A DNA stretch of 64,000 nucleotides from a virus. Positions 28,001 to 35,891 of the stretch are shown here, piece by piece. Where the stretch lies: positions 1-64,000 of IMG/VR virus record IMGVR_UViG_3300022939_000016. The stretch is one strand, 5' to 3'. The notes beneath the pieces are model-generated. The model did not search any database. It had not been told where the DNA came from and saw nothing but the letters and a program-made list of their open reading frames with translations. Numbering within the stretch: position 1 is the first letter of the stretch; each line of letters starts with the position of its first letter. The translations under genes were made by a program, and so were the position numbers.

Positions 28001-29569
28001 CAAGAAGTGGATGGTGTTTATTATCAAGACTCCAGCGTGCTTGGCGGCAAACCGTCTATTATTGATGCTTATGGAGCAGATTTTATAGATCCAGATGTTT
28101 TTGTTTCTGGGTATCCCGGAGACCTTTTTGGATATTCGATAGATTACCACAGAGGAAAGCTTGTTGTAGGCTCTCCATTTGCTGCTTATTATGAAGAGCA
28201 GCCCATTAGCTGGAGCGGTGTCGTTGCAGAAACGGAAAGTTACACACAGCCATTTGGTACTATTACCAGTAGAAATGGCGGGGCGGGATCAGTTTACATA
28301 TATGAAAAAACAGGAGAAGGAGTAACTCTTTCCGGTCGCGGTATACCTTGGCAATTTACTAACAAATTAAGACCAAAAAGCATAGGCGTTGGCCAAGACT
28401 TAGACAGCTCAATAGAATCTAAACTTATAGAACACTTGGGCGAAAATGACTACTCCCTAGATGACCTTTTAAAGTATTCAACTTTCACTGATCAGTTTGG
28501 AAGCTTTGTAAAAATCTATAGCGACTTGCTGGCCGTGGGAGCGCCGGGGCATGACTATTCTATTAATGTAGACTTGTCTAGTACAACCATCATCGAAGGA
28601 GCTTTTGAGTTTAGGTCTTTTAATTTTGAATACGACGCTAAAGCTAGAGAGCTTATAGACTTGGGTGATCCAGAGGTCAGGGACTTAATTGGTATTATTA
28701 GTGGTGTCATGAACAATGGCGCTGTCTATACTTTTGAAAATAAGATTACTAACGCCAAAACAAAAGAGCAATCTTGGGCCTTGGTTGAAAAACTTATACC
28801 TGATGGTTATAAGTCGAGATTACAACAAAGTTATGATGAGCTATCTCAAGTTGTTGCTTCTGGTACAGAAAACGAGCATTTTGGAAGAAATATAGCTCTT
28901 TTCAGACCTAAGCGAACCGACGCTGATTATACAATAGCAATTGGAACTCCTAATCACAAGTTTGCAACGAGTGGCACACACATTTCTGGAGATTTGGAAA
29001 AAGCAGGGGCCGCTTTTCTCTTTGACGCTATGCTTAGAGATACTCCCCCGTTTGTTCCAGACGAGCAATGTTTTATGAACGCTAGTGTATTTGGTTATCC
29101 CAACCAAAAAGTAAGCCTTAGTATTGACAATAGCACTCTAGACGCAACGTATCACACAACCGGATTTATTTATAGCAATACAGAAGGAGAAATCTTTATA
29201 GAAGCTTCTGGTCAAGATAATAACCTTAAGGGTTTTTCAGTACACAGACCCGTAATAAAGGCTGTTTACGGCAGGGTTGCAGATGACGAAGGAGACCTAG
29301 AATCTCAATCATTATCATTATATACAAAATCCGTTTTAGGCCTTTCTAGCATTGATATTCCTCTTTATTGCAGTGTTCCAGACAATTCTAATGTGTATAA
29401 TACTTTAGGATTAAGCACAATAGCACTTGGAAACATACAGGAAGGAAATGATATAAATCTATATTCTCATTGCCCTTCTGGTACAAACAGTGTTGCTTAC
29501 GTTGGTTTAGTTACCAGCGGTGTAAGTTTTACTGATATTAATTTTTCATTATTTTCTTCTGGGTATTAA
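22082..29569 (+). CDS. Giant virion protein: dispersed 7-blade FG-GAP propeller with inserted vWA-like and GldG/IFT52-like domains
   Basis: 2495 aa; seven (F/Y/M)G.S....AVG(S/A)P...GAV(Y/F) units; DxSxS motif at 24065; two P....S..(D/E)...(I/L)K.WL segments. Confidence 0.7.
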   Translation: MAGFNLFVGGDYYQKDDINLFANGKEYSYDQLNLYHSGQTPPEYEMNLYASGDNVYYSSMSLHTLTTFSFNNPFINQDDEDGGGEGGGGGDGGGDNNLDPFDYMPIFVNGAENILSDEDNPYLNLFVAKDNPPGLPLDNLLHLSIDVADYSVSESSLMLSLWQLEFSRTPVETSSCSLYISGFFQEAPAAEGMSLYLENYVSSQAISDSLGLFLANNYLIKWDSYDFGLNSEPNDDIYATVPATDAIRGVQLICYGACGQGTCEDVSVETHDTVWFDPVCVDGGIFRASDVYTNLDIDAFGSEVPYSGHFYGFRKLDKLLPLQKYFINIIGQSGSSAKITAPKELASWEYTIDGSDVAYSGLKLIGDSPFVQNGRNAGDQYGSSLSMNGDLLAVGSPHFSFPDELGYTLQDAGTVFLYRRGPEPDFDQIVSNKAGWDLEGQLRLPSGILRDYYTDTPTTQEDGIDIVLRNWNLGQEGRNFGSSVHVCSITNDDPWITSDNREIIAVSAPNAQWSRTFPDLQIQSNDIIFFVFTDEFLPSFTVTIRGEEYTLTYRDIVKSITSKNLLYTYYSLPTISLNINIVIFHPIDADIQPSPSFPEPQPSFIVKKPITRHREEAYGSQEFLDIDDEILEQIKNVFYELYPYDTNKQHNNIPAILGVYVDNSRSLGSQAIEPALSRFKEHYQEYAFQSGVADVFGNPSSGAVLSTTSLDENWILQTTTVIDFTLDSGRLATNNHLSLLTDPSTFGVFNENLPEFNIPPSSGGCVYLFEKESDSWNLIQQINSPTEDNTITPDLFGKSIKMSEDGSILAVGSPYINEAIMVYERDPREQNRMYSNIESWVDYHLEKDELNERYAYLKFTIENLRASGNFTDGDSGVYRSLFFELSHQEKYDYRNDYDFWGDKPIQEYKHNFTYRYTDIDYKGTYLSLLEEFAPTSRMGYSVAVEDAGESVAFGCPTDSLDELDDTNSYYHPDNSGQILWPSYVNAGAVRVLDSIKYFRHNRVVEYSKFGNKHKALYEQNFPESFDHFSNLFSPSGISFERTDFSDFEIPQDAGMLMIICPEVDFSNIEVMNRIKNWLDLGDRNLVLVGDDGNFEQAGRFNQSNPILNNILSKLDSSMRLVSAPNTESAILSAQGSCPLRPNILPSFRPENSIDTYVDTSANIFGNGVADIRIHAPDVYEDYSCSEYYRQHNDYCSPPLAHSGDLRTSWDSEDGIMNWPNLFSERFQGKQPPVPLMVAGYYKEPQVVNIPAIPPTSGLFQYYDYVQTDVSPAYGNLTTGEIEFGWTEELELYNSLNTNVNLNSNANKFFNPPYKMGLNALLQSKASNGIDTTLGEVLASDACHLAASENIPDAKNSQLFLIGTLFTENLEILYTGLGDKNINFYFNMVAKNRFGSSYVAQINSWTGRSSFKDANPDSIIELVLRNTGNTVSANVSLSQLISGHPNGNRYDVCWVANPLNAPSDQDIKTLKKWLNQEDKKIIVTYDNEISAKNAEILLEKLGLTMKPLYLTNKSRYAHNTQDVDYNNRNFYFLQRFETSLSRFYPDINPYNYRARYGFIPSRDDIYEITLDTRTSNFIPIDLQGGTAIASLNHGIVDDKFYDLGFYYMKSGTARISFPVRPNTAYRVFLDTAAYSFYEKEPITVYVTNCNALPSFTSPFVPPDQDIYNLNSDDTFSSVFYGPVGVIAQIGGRSQDTLLQSNVIEFHTLPGVDEVSFFISGNSSRVSFKYDEAPSTVALVSISGALVDIVESPLMSRVPRYEWEIIDPGSEAFTTTVEFPDPFPIHSNSNKYCPGNVDFFSLDDCSNIFADSKIDDGPVVVAQELYYGSPKRQGINQSRITLISDASIIEGPCVFRSGEVIEENASFIRSLYPDTIFPENENSKLFSPTSITKIISPERSSPARLFANIGNSGLIERFIPYNNPIVNSGNNLYMFNETLNYETVQRPELTSENSSSVFSKFIDSQNFYGSNSKFNQEVDGVYYQDSSVLGGKPSIIDAYGADFIDPDVFVSGYPGDLFGYSIDYHRGKLVVGSPFAAYYEEQPISWSGVVAETESYTQPFGTITSRNGGAGSVYIYEKTGEGVTLSGRGIPWQFTNKLRPKSIGVGQDLDSSIESKLIEHLGENDYSLDDLLKYSTFTDQFGSFVKIYSDLLAVGAPGHDYSINVDLSSTTIIEGAFEFRSFNFEYDAKARELIDLGDPEVRDLIGIISGVMNNGAVYTFENKITNAKTKEQSWALVEKLIPDGYKSRLQQSYDELSQVVASGTENEHFGRNIALFRPKRTDADYTIAIGTPNHKFATSGTHISGDLEKAGAAFLFDAMLRDTPPFVPDEQCFMNASVFGYPNQKVSLSIDNSTLDATYHTTGFIYSNTEGEIFIEASGQDNNLKGFSVHRPVIKAVYGRVADDEGDLESQSLSLYTKSVLGLSSIDIPLYCSVPDNSNVYNTLGLSTIALGNIQEGNDINLYSHCPSGTNSVAYVGLVTSGVSFTDINFSLFSSGY
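29393..29408 (+). promoter_or_regulatory. Putative late promoter embedded in the 3' end of the preceding gene
   Basis: GTGTATAATACTTTAG matches GTGTAT-N7-TAG; about 160 bp upstream of the gene at 29571. Confidence 0.45.
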
Positions 29570-29570
29570 T

Positions 29571-31106
29571 ATGTCTTGTGAACAAGAGATTACATTTTCT
29601 CAATCAAGTGTAGCTGGATCTTCAGGTGCTAACTCCGCATCCATTATAGTTAAAAAAAGAACCGGCGGCAGCTTCTACATAACACCACCCCCACAGATAG
29701 GTTGGTCTGAAAACCCTGTCATTCAAGGAAATCATCTGCTTGGATATGAAACTACTGTTACCTTGTCCTGTTTCGCAGTGGGGTGTGGCTCAACGTCTAA
29801 TCTTGGGCAATTAGTTAGTGTTGAAAGCTTCTTCAGTGATGCGACTACTTTAGAAGTCAAATCTTCAGCTTCTCAGTCTGGCGGCACGGTGTTTAATATA
29901 ACTAATCCAAGAGTTTCCGTTCAGCCTTCTAACTTCGCGGGCGTTACTAGGTATGATATTGTTTTTGATTCTTTTAGTCCATCTGAATCTACTAAGGGAG
30001 CTATTACTAGCGAGACGCACGGAAATACAAGCAACAAGCAGGCAGTACCCTTAGCTTCTTTTTCAGATGTGTTTTCTTATGAACCAGATGATTCGCTTGG
30101 AAAACTGTACGACGATCCGGGCGCTCAGGTATATAGATTTACCAGAACCTGTAGTGCTAAAGGCAGACCAGCTGTTGGCGCTGATGTTAATAACACATCA
30201 ACTTTTTACGCAAATGCATGTAGTGGAGTTAAAGCTTTTGTGGATAGCAGGATGGCCATAAATGAATATTCACCATATGTTGTTACAGACCATTATAAAT
30301 ACATTCAGGGCGCTTCCATAATGCGAATGTCTACCGCTGTTAATATAGACTTAGCCGAATTGAGTTATTCAGTCACTATTAATGGGTACTGGGCCAATAG
30401 CTCAGGCGGCACTCTGAGACAAATTGGAGCTTTTGAAACTTTTAACACCACCGTTCAAAATGACGCAAGCTCAAGATTAGTTTCCGTAACCGTAGACGGA
30501 AAACTTAACGGATATTCAATAGGAGCGCCAACTGATCCTAGACAATCGGTTCTTGCCGGGGCTGGGGGCGGCGCTCAAGATGTATTAAACCGCATTTCTG
30601 GCAATGGTAGTTATGGAATGGGTTCGGTTGTGTACTCTAGGGCGCAAAGTGCTTGCGGCTCTGTCCTAAACGCTATTCCTAAAAGTGTTTCTGTTGCAGA
30701 TTCAGCTAGCGCTGATGGTGCTATTAGTTACAACGTCACCTATGACAATAGGCCTACCAATGTGGTTACTGGATCTATTTCTGAAAGTATCAGTGTTTCA
30801 GATTCTTATCCTACCGATGTTTATGCTTCTATCCAGATAATGGGCAAGAGAGATGGCCCCGTGTTTCAATATATGAACACGACCACAGAATATGAAAGAA
30901 CTTTAAACGTAGAATTAATTATGAGCGACAACATTACCGCCAGCCCTTCTGTTCACAGCGACACCAGAGATCAGATAAATAGTCTAATAAGTAACGCAGT
31001 GCCGTCAGCTTCATCTGCTGGATACGTTATGCTTAAGCAGGCTACAGAAAATTGGAACTCTACTGAAGGTCAGTATTCACTAAACATGTCTTGGGCTTAT
31101 AAATGA
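29571..31106 (+). CDS. Virion tail-tip structural protein
   Basis: 511 aa, S/T/G-rich; repeated sub-domains ending (I/Y)SY.VT(Y/I) or YSLNMSW; within the tail operon. Confidence 0.55.
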   Translation: MSCEQEITFSQSSVAGSSGANSASIIVKKRTGGSFYITPPPQIGWSENPVIQGNHLLGYETTVTLSCFAVGCGSTSNLGQLVSVESFFSDATTLEVKSSASQSGGTVFNITNPRVSVQPSNFAGVTRYDIVFDSFSPSESTKGAITSETHGNTSNKQAVPLASFSDVFSYEPDDSLGKLYDDPGAQVYRFTRTCSAKGRPAVGADVNNTSTFYANACSGVKAFVDSRMAINEYSPYVVTDHYKYIQGASIMRMSTAVNIDLAELSYSVTINGYWANSSGGTLRQIGAFETFNTTVQNDASSRLVSVTVDGKLNGYSIGAPTDPRQSVLAGAGGGAQDVLNRISGNGSYGMGSVVYSRAQSACGSVLNAIPKSVSVADSASADGAISYNVTYDNRPTNVVTGSISESISVSDSYPTDVYASIQIMGKRDGPVFQYMNTTTEYERTLNVELIMSDNITASPSVHSDTRDQINSLISNAVPSASSAGYVMLKQATENWNSTEGQYSLNMSWAYK

Positions 31107-31900
31107 CTCTCCCCACTGCGCCATTTCCACCGCTTGATACTTCTTATCTAGAGGAAGTTATATTACATTACGAAGATGGTATATACCCATCTGATCATGT
31201 TTCTGAAATTGGGAATTTTGATAATACTGATCAGAAAAATGCTCTAAAGCTTAGTATTTCTTTTAACAACTACAAAACATACCTAGAAGATTATATAGAC
31301 TTTGATGAATTTAACGTTCTTTACAGTGGAGGAATACCATCATTCGCTTCTACAACCTTTGGCTTATTAAGAGGAAATACTGGTTCAGATAAATTTAATC
31401 TGGAAAGCCTTCAAGACTATAACGATCCCTCTGACGAAACTGTTAAAGGAAAATTTAATACTAAGTCAGAGTTTGAGTCGGCTCAACAACTGTCTAATCT
31501 AGATTATTATTATAGTAGTTTCTCGTATATGGAAATGTCGGATGGTGTTCAGGCTCCAGTTCGTCGTGATGTAAATATGACACATTTTGGCTTAGACGAC
31601 GTTGTTGTTGTGGAGACACACTCCAGTGTTGAAAATTTTAATAGACCAAATTATTCACCTACCAATATTCCAGAAAACACTTCAGATTCTGGGGGGTCTG
31701 TTTTTGATCCAGATTATTTCAATCCAGACAGACATCCCGCTGGACCTTCTGACGACTATAAGTCACCAAGCTCACCCTCTGGTCAATCGAGTAACAACAA
31801 TCAAGATGATCAGGATCAAGATGATGACACAGGGAATTTCGAAATGATGCCCCCTCCCCAAATGGCCACACTGTTTATATCTTCAGCGCCCTCTAACTAG
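31103..31900 (+). CDS. Hypothetical acidic protein (tail operon)
   Basis: 265 aa, overlaps the previous stop; low-complexity D/S/N/P C-terminus. Confidence 0.6.
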   Translation: MTLPTAPFPPLDTSYLEEVILHYEDGIYPSDHVSEIGNFDNTDQKNALKLSISFNNYKTYLEDYIDFDEFNVLYSGGIPSFASTTFGLLRGNTGSDKFNLESLQDYNDPSDETVKGKFNTKSEFESAQQLSNLDYYYSSFSYMEMSDGVQAPVRRDVNMTHFGLDDVVVVETHSSVENFNRPNYSPTNIPENTSDSGGSVFDPDYFNPDRHPAGPSDDYKSPSSPSGQSSNNNQDDQDQDDDTGNFEMMPPPQMATLFISSAPSN

Positions 31901-31908
31901 GATCTTAT

Positions 31909-34900
31909 ATGTCTACTAATTCCACAGATTCCGTTGTTAAAGATTGGACTGGACCTCTTGATAATTCTCTTGCTACAAGGGAGGAGGTTAGAAGTACAGG
32001 TGGCTTTTTCCCGGAACAGCAAACTTTTCTTGGCGCAACTATAAAATCGTTTAGCGCTCAAGCCGGTGGGGGGTCTTCACCGACTACTCTGAATGTAGAA
32101 CTTATAGTTGATCCAAATGGAACCAACCCAACAATAGACGATCCGTCAAAGTCTAAAGGCGTTTATGATCCATATCACACCGGTACTGACGCTTTCTCTC
32201 CCCCGGGGGTTGGAATGCCTGTATTTTTTGTTTATTCTAACCCTAGAGCTACCATTAGAGACGCATTCGAAGGAAATAGTACTGGTTCTGTATTAAAATT
32301 TGGCGGGTTATTACAATCATTTCATAGCACCAGTAGCATATCTGGGCATTCATACTCTGTCACCGTCGTTGACCCAAGAGAAATCTTGTCTAACATTTAC
32401 TTAATACTAAACCATTCTGACGATAAAGTTGGAGAAGTAGAAAATAATGTTTACAATGTTTTTGGTTTTCTTGAATATAATCCAACCTTAAGCACACGAT
32501 CAATTTTTAAATCATACACTAAAAATATTGCCTCTAGAGGCACAAACGGTTTAGCTGGTGATGACATGTACTATTCTGGTGCTGCCGTTGGAGATTCATA
32601 TTTCAGCAACCCCGGATACCAAAACAAATTTCCAGTAACCGGAACGGCAATGTCTAGAAGAAGTTCTTCAGGCATTCCTTATTACAGAATAATGCAAGCA
32701 CTTGCGGCTATGAATAGCACTTTACCCAACAGTGAATATTCTGGATTTTCTGGCGGCATTTATTACAGAGGTCTTAGCTATTACATCAGCTTCCATAACT
32801 TACCCGCGCTAGATCCTCTGTATTTTTTCGATCAAGACAATATAGACTTACTTGCTTTTGTCATGGAAATTGCTGAAAGCTGTGGGTATGAAATTGATGT
32901 TTCTCTAAGCCCTTATTTTGGAAACGATACTGGGGTTGGTGGAACAATTAGTATCAATTTTATTGATCGGTCTAACGAAAGTGCTGTTGGTCAAATAAAT
33001 AGCTTTATAAATAATACTGGTAACTTTCCTGTCCACACTAGCGATGACGGAAATACATATTCATTGTTAGAAAAAACCGACATTGGATATGAATTAACAA
33101 ATCCAACTACTAGCAAAGTTTTGTTTGGTGCTAATCGAGTTGATTTATATGCTTTTACTTCTAGTCACGACGGTGGAGCTTATCACGGAGGAGGTGGCGC
33201 TGGTAACTTGGACCAGATCATTCCATTTTACGGAACTTTAAGTGGAAACGTTGTTGTTCCGGTTAAAGGTAGCGGTCCTTGGAAACAAATATTACTAGAT
33301 AGCAGCGGCGTTGGCGCTTTTGGTGTAGGAAATTATTACGTCGCTACAGAAACAGAATTAAGATACGCCTTGAAAGGATTTAAAGCTTGGAAAAACTTTT
33401 TAGAATTCTACAACGCGAGATTTTTAGAAGTTGTTAACAAAAATCCTAAATATTCAGAGACTTTAATTGGTAACGGGATTAGCGTTCAAGACGATGAAAA
33501 CGGAGATCATATAAAGGGGCTTAAAGCGCCTAGATGTCTATTTACGAACGATGCTGGCTATGGTGCTGGTGGCATGTTGCTTAACCCATGCTGTCCACCA
33601 TTCGGCTATCCTCTGTACTACAACAGGGCTGTTGCATTAGGATTAACCGTCAAGAAGGTTTTTGACGAAAGGGCTAGTGTGGTGGCAGATCTTAGGGTAC
33701 TAAGCAGTCTGGAAGGCTCTTCAAATCCCGCAGGTGTTGCTCAAGTTGTCAACGCCTTGCTTGAAAAGTATAAACAGTTAAGAAAAGTTAGAAAATTGAG
33801 CCAAGCTGAAAATGATGCCGTTAAAATTATCAGCAGTCAAGGCGCAGGCGTAGACTCATCTTATCTAGATAGTATTATTTCTTCTATGAGCGGCCAGATG
33901 GTTATCGTTAAGAAAAATGTAGAGACAAGAAAAGAAAATGCTCAAAAAGTATTCAATTTTGTAAAGAGCGTTGCAGAAGAATGTTACGGAAAAAAATGGT
34001 TAGTGAGATTGCCTCCAAAGCCAAATTACAAATTTGGCGTTCCTAAGCTTTCGGCAGACAAAAAAACTTATGAATCAGGTCCGTTTGGGTTCTATCCTAT
34101 TGGCAATGGAGATTTATCCGCTGCTGCTAATAACGGCTCTTTTGTTGAAGCTTCTAACAATCCGGTTTTTACGGCGGCTCAATCTCAGTTTAAATCAGGC
34201 TTTATATCAACTTACAATCCAATAGATGATAGCCTTAACTACAACTACATCCCGGATAGTGCTGGGGGTTTTGTTAGTTTAGATGTCTACAATCTTGGTG
34301 TTACTTCGGCGCTCATGCCAGCAAATTTACAGGGCTTTGGTGCTAACCACAGAATTAAAGCATATGTTCGATATGACTATGCAGAAAATCTTAATGTTTC
34401 TAGTGCTAACAGTAGGGTTTATACCGAACCGGTAGGTGATAGAATTATCCCCCAAACAGACCCTAATAATTCTGCCCAGATGATTGCTTTTATTCCAGCA
34501 GAATTAGACACTCAGGTTTACTATCTGCCCGTAACACACACCAGAAGTGTCATGCAATGCAATGGCAAGAGGCCGGTTACATATCACATGCCATTACCTG
34601 TCAATCTAGACGCTTCTGGGAATGTTCCTGACGGCGCTGGACAATTAAAAACTAACATTCAATACGAACCTCTGTTTTCTGGTAGCAATGTCAATATTTC
34701 AGATTTTCCTAGATCTAACAATGGACAAATTATTCCTTATCCAAACCTAGATTACGCCTATGCTTTAATAACAATAGGTAGTGTTGTTTCTCCAAAAAGA
34801 GATAGTCTAGCAGATATACCTAAAAAACAGAAATTTAATACTGCCGCATATCCATCTTATTTTACTGACAACGACACTCTGGGAACAGTCACTGCTGTAT

Positions 34901-35889
34901 CTATTTCTAGGAAAATAGATTTAGATAATTATGGCTCCAGTTTGACTTTTTATAATCCAGATAGGCTATTTTCAGTACCTCCCTGTGTAAAGCCAGACCT
35001 AGCAGTTTTACCTCTAGAAAATCAACAGTCTTGTTACGGACCTTGGTATAGCGGGCCTGTTAAATTTAAAAATCTTCAAGGCCAAGATGAATATAAGTTA
35101 TTAAAGAACATTGGTGGAAAAGTAGACATTCAAACAGACGGAAGCTTGGCCCCTTGGAATTTTGGCTCTTATGGTTTAATGAACATAGCCGCTAATAGTA
35201 GAGTTTCTTTAGCTGGAACTTTATACCTTGCTTCAGAAAAAGGCTCTGTAAGCTATCCCGGTATGCCTAATGGCAATATTGATATTGGCAACCTGATATC
35301 CACAGGTGGCCCAATTTTAGATAGTATTTCTCTAGACGTTGGGATAGACGGAGTGAGGTGTTCTTACAGATTTCAAACCTACAGTAGAAGCATGGCTCAC
35401 GTTCAAAGGCAGCAGCAAAAACAAATAGATATAGTAAAAAATCAATATCTTAAAAATAGTGCGGCCCAGTTTGATTTGTTCAGCAAGAGTTTAATTAAAA
35501 ACAAGTTCAAAGGAGCGCCCCCTCCCGCTCAAGTATTAAAACCTTATGTATCTGCCATAGACCCCAATTACACAAGCCCGGGAACAAATAATTTATCTAT
35601 ATCTAGTGTGTCGTCAGTTGGCCAAGAAACCGCCTTTCAGTCTTCTGTTGCTTCCTCAGAATCTATGCAAGAAGTCTTGGAGCAGGACAACGACACATTA
35701 TCTCAGTATAGAGACAGATATAATTCTGCTTTAGAAAATTTATCTGACCAAAAAATTGCCGTCTCTCGACAGCACCACCACTTGTTGCCTTCAATGAGGG
35801 CGGCTGATCTTGAGCAGCTAGAAACCCTCTATGACAGCCCCCTTGATCCATTCAATAGAGATGAACACCACATAACATACTGGAGTTAA
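31909..35889 (+). CDS. Large tail-tip/hub-like protein
   Basis: 1326 aa; N-terminus TFLGATIKSF...TLNVELIVD...FGGLLQS...YSVTVVDPREIL and C-terminus E.GSVSYPG.P...LDSISLDVG.DG...SY.F resemble tail hub barrels. Confidence 0.6.
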   Translation: MSTNSTDSVVKDWTGPLDNSLATREEVRSTGGFFPEQQTFLGATIKSFSAQAGGGSSPTTLNVELIVDPNGTNPTIDDPSKSKGVYDPYHTGTDAFSPPGVGMPVFFVYSNPRATIRDAFEGNSTGSVLKFGGLLQSFHSTSSISGHSYSVTVVDPREILSNIYLILNHSDDKVGEVENNVYNVFGFLEYNPTLSTRSIFKSYTKNIASRGTNGLAGDDMYYSGAAVGDSYFSNPGYQNKFPVTGTAMSRRSSSGIPYYRIMQALAAMNSTLPNSEYSGFSGGIYYRGLSYYISFHNLPALDPLYFFDQDNIDLLAFVMEIAESCGYEIDVSLSPYFGNDTGVGGTISINFIDRSNESAVGQINSFINNTGNFPVHTSDDGNTYSLLEKTDIGYELTNPTTSKVLFGANRVDLYAFTSSHDGGAYHGGGGAGNLDQIIPFYGTLSGNVVVPVKGSGPWKQILLDSSGVGAFGVGNYYVATETELRYALKGFKAWKNFLEFYNARFLEVVNKNPKYSETLIGNGISVQDDENGDHIKGLKAPRCLFTNDAGYGAGGMLLNPCCPPFGYPLYYNRAVALGLTVKKVFDERASVVADLRVLSSLEGSSNPAGVAQVVNALLEKYKQLRKVRKLSQAENDAVKIISSQGAGVDSSYLDSIISSMSGQMVIVKKNVETRKENAQKVFNFVKSVAEECYGKKWLVRLPPKPNYKFGVPKLSADKKTYESGPFGFYPIGNGDLSAAANNGSFVEASNNPVFTAAQSQFKSGFISTYNPIDDSLNYNYIPDSAGGFVSLDVYNLGVTSALMPANLQGFGANHRIKAYVRYDYAENLNVSSANSRVYTEPVGDRIIPQTDPNNSAQMIAFIPAELDTQVYYLPVTHTRSVMQCNGKRPVTYHMPLPVNLDASGNVPDGAGQLKTNIQYEPLFSGSNVNISDFPRSNNGQIIPYPNLDYAYALITIGSVVSPKRDSLADIPKKQKFNTAAYPSYFTDNDTLGTVTAVSISRKIDLDNYGSSLTFYNPDRLFSVPPCVKPDLAVLPLENQQSCYGPWYSGPVKFKNLQGQDEYKLLKNIGGKVDIQTDGSLAPWNFGSYGLMNIAANSRVSLAGTLYLASEKGSVSYPGMPNGNIDIGNLISTGGPILDSISLDVGIDGVRCSYRFQTYSRSMAHVQRQQQKQIDIVKNQYLKNSAAQFDLFSKSLIKNKFKGAPPPAQVLKPYVSAIDPNYTSPGTNNLSISSVSSVGQETAFQSSVASSESMQEVLEQDNDTLSQYRDRYNSALENLSDQKIAVSRQHHHLLPSMRAADLEQLETLYDSPLDPFNRDEHHITYWS

Positions 35890-35891
35890 AC

